Part shown: positions 62,793-64,000 of the stretch, one piece after another
Position numbering within the stretch: position 1 is the stretch's first letter
Layout: every line of letters begins with the position of its first letter
Source of the DNA: a virus
Taxonomy: Duplodnaviria > Caudoviricetes
Virus record (IMG/VR): IMGVR_UViG_2885131123_000003
Location: 31,504 to 95,503 of that record
Length of the DNA stretch: 64,000 bases
Direction: 5' to 3' (one strand)
Made by a program: the position numbers and the translations under genes
Notes under the pieces: generated by a model
Database searches by the model: none
Told to the model about the DNA's origin: nothing
What the model saw: the letters and a program-made list of their open reading frames with translations, nothing else

Positions 62793-64000
62793 TAAAAATG
62801 CGACATGATATACCTTTTCCAATACATAATGATTATGAAATATGCCACTATTTGAAGAATATTTGGGAATGTGGCTGGCTTGACGATTATTCTGATGAAC
62901 ATTTTCTTATAAAGGCAATAGAAAACAGGTTGACAACCTTTGTTGGATATACTCAAATGCTTAATAACGAGCCTAATCTTCATGGGGTAATCAAGGCTAA
63001 GGGCATTATTGACAACGATACCTTTAATTCAAATTTCTGCATGAATTTATCTGGCCGATTAGCGTGCTTAGAATCCGTATTTGGAAGCGACCACATGGAA
63101 AGATTCATCAAAGATCAGTTGTCGGCAGGAAAACAAAATTATAACGAAGATACATTTTTTGAAGCAGTGTCCGAAGTATCTGTTCTATATTTTTATACGT
63201 TCAGGAGCAGGTGGAAACAAGCCCTGTATGAACCTCCTATTGGCAAATCAAAGTTGTCAAAAAATCCAGAAGCGAGATTCATTGGCGAATTATCGTTGAA
63301 TGGTGATGCTCAGAAAATTACTATCAATATAGAGGTGAAATGTCCCAAGTTCCCATCGATTGAGAATCAAGAATGCAAAATTGCGATACCTACCGTTTTG
63401 CTTTCTGATGAAGGTAGAAAAGAAATTCCAGCATTCTGCAAGGATAATGGGATTGTCTATATAAGTCCACGTGTTATGAAACTCAAAGATTTTCTTAACA
63501 GCGCTTCTTCGAAATTTTCTGTTCCACAAAGCAACGAGTACAATCTATTATATATAAATTGGTCATATTGTGACTTTGCTTCGAACAGTTTCCTTGAAGC
63601 ATGGTCTTTGTTAACCAATGCGATAAATGGTATTCTTACGCATCCCAATGCTGCCCAGAGCATAGGTGTATCACCTGATGTTTTCAAAAAAATCACCGCT
63701 GTTATAATTTACACAGAAGCATTAGAGGGCTTGATGTTCTTAGACTTTCGAAATGTATGGCAAATGAATGGACGAGGACAAAGATTTCGAATGTGGGTAT
63801 TAGACGAAAAGTTGCGCCATGCTGAAACAACTCGTGAATCTGATACCTTGTTTTATGTAACAGGGATGAAACCCAATGATGAACTTACGCAGATGGCAAT
63901 GCTGGATTGCAAATCTAAAACAGATAGCGATCGAGTGAACAGCTCTTTAATTGGGTTAGAGTTAGTAGATTTGGTTGAGAAATACGCCGAAAAATATTGA
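62789..64000 (+). CDS. Hypothetical AT-rich cargo protein, possible PD-(D/E)XK-like nuclease
   Basis: 403-aa ORF; KNPE...IEVK spacing. Confidence 0.6.
   Translation: MIKMRHDIPFPIHNDYEICHYLKNIWECGWLDDYSDEHFLIKAIENRLTTFVGYTQMLNNEPNLHGVIKAKGIIDNDTFNSNFCMNLSGRLACLESVFGSDHMERFIKDQLSAGKQNYNEDTFFEAVSEVSVLYFYTFRSRWKQALYEPPIGKSKLSKNPEARFIGELSLNGDAQKITINIEVKCPKFPSIENQECKIAIPTVLLSDEGRKEIPAFCKDNGIVYISPRVMKLKDFLNSASSKFSVPQSNEYNLLYINWSYCDFASNSFLEAWSLLTNAINGILTHPNAAQSIGVSPDVFKKITAVIIYTEALEGLMFLDFRNVWQMNGRGQRFRMWVLDEKLRHAETTRESDTLFYVTGMKPNDELTQMAMLDCKSKTDSDRVNSSLIGLELVDLVEKYAEKY

Larger units (their letters stand above)
55670..64000 (-). mobile_element. Second integrative mobilisable element (IME2); continues right of the window
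   Basis: Recombinase, HTH, Mob/Pre, oriT, primase/helicase, CHC2, divergent regulator and cargo. Confidence 0.85.

Overview
Nested mobile-element window from a gut Firmicute (Clostridiales/Lachnospiraceae-like, inferred from gene content); no host housekeeping genes are visible. (1) 1-~4070: end of a conjugative-element accessory module on the minus strand (ArdA, C5 DNA methyltransferase with a nested alternative-frame ORF, ParB-like, oriT-like palindromes). (2) ~4080-~55530: a siphovirus-type prophage with phi-m46.1-like architecture: sigma-like regulator, PolA/primase/SNF2 replication genes, HNH-terS-MTase, a small-gene island, terL, portal, Clp protease, HK97-type capsid, tail, holin, amidase, three serine recombinase genes, then a VOC/GyrI/YjdF cargo operon with a yjdF riboswitch. 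A triplet of secreted cell-wall-repeat proteins with swapped C-termini sits inside the tail operon. (3) 34517-45684: an 11.2-kb Tn4451-like mobilisable element inserted at a TC/GA dinucleotide inside a phage tail gene. Precise excision restores the gene and creates a junction promoter, but its recombinase is frameshifted. (4) ~55670-64000: a second mobilisable element (serine recombinase, MobV/Pre, P4-type primase/helicase, CHC2 finger, cargo) inserted in an rlmD/rumA-3'-like site. Non-coding signals include a three-copy phage-specific promoter motif, two inverted copies of a 95-bp origin-like palindrome 38 kb apart, repeated promoter cassettes and a 12-bp motif at cargo gene boundaries. No CRISPR array, tRNA, rRNA or reverse transcriptase was seen. 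All family assignments are from motif recognition by eye, not database searches.
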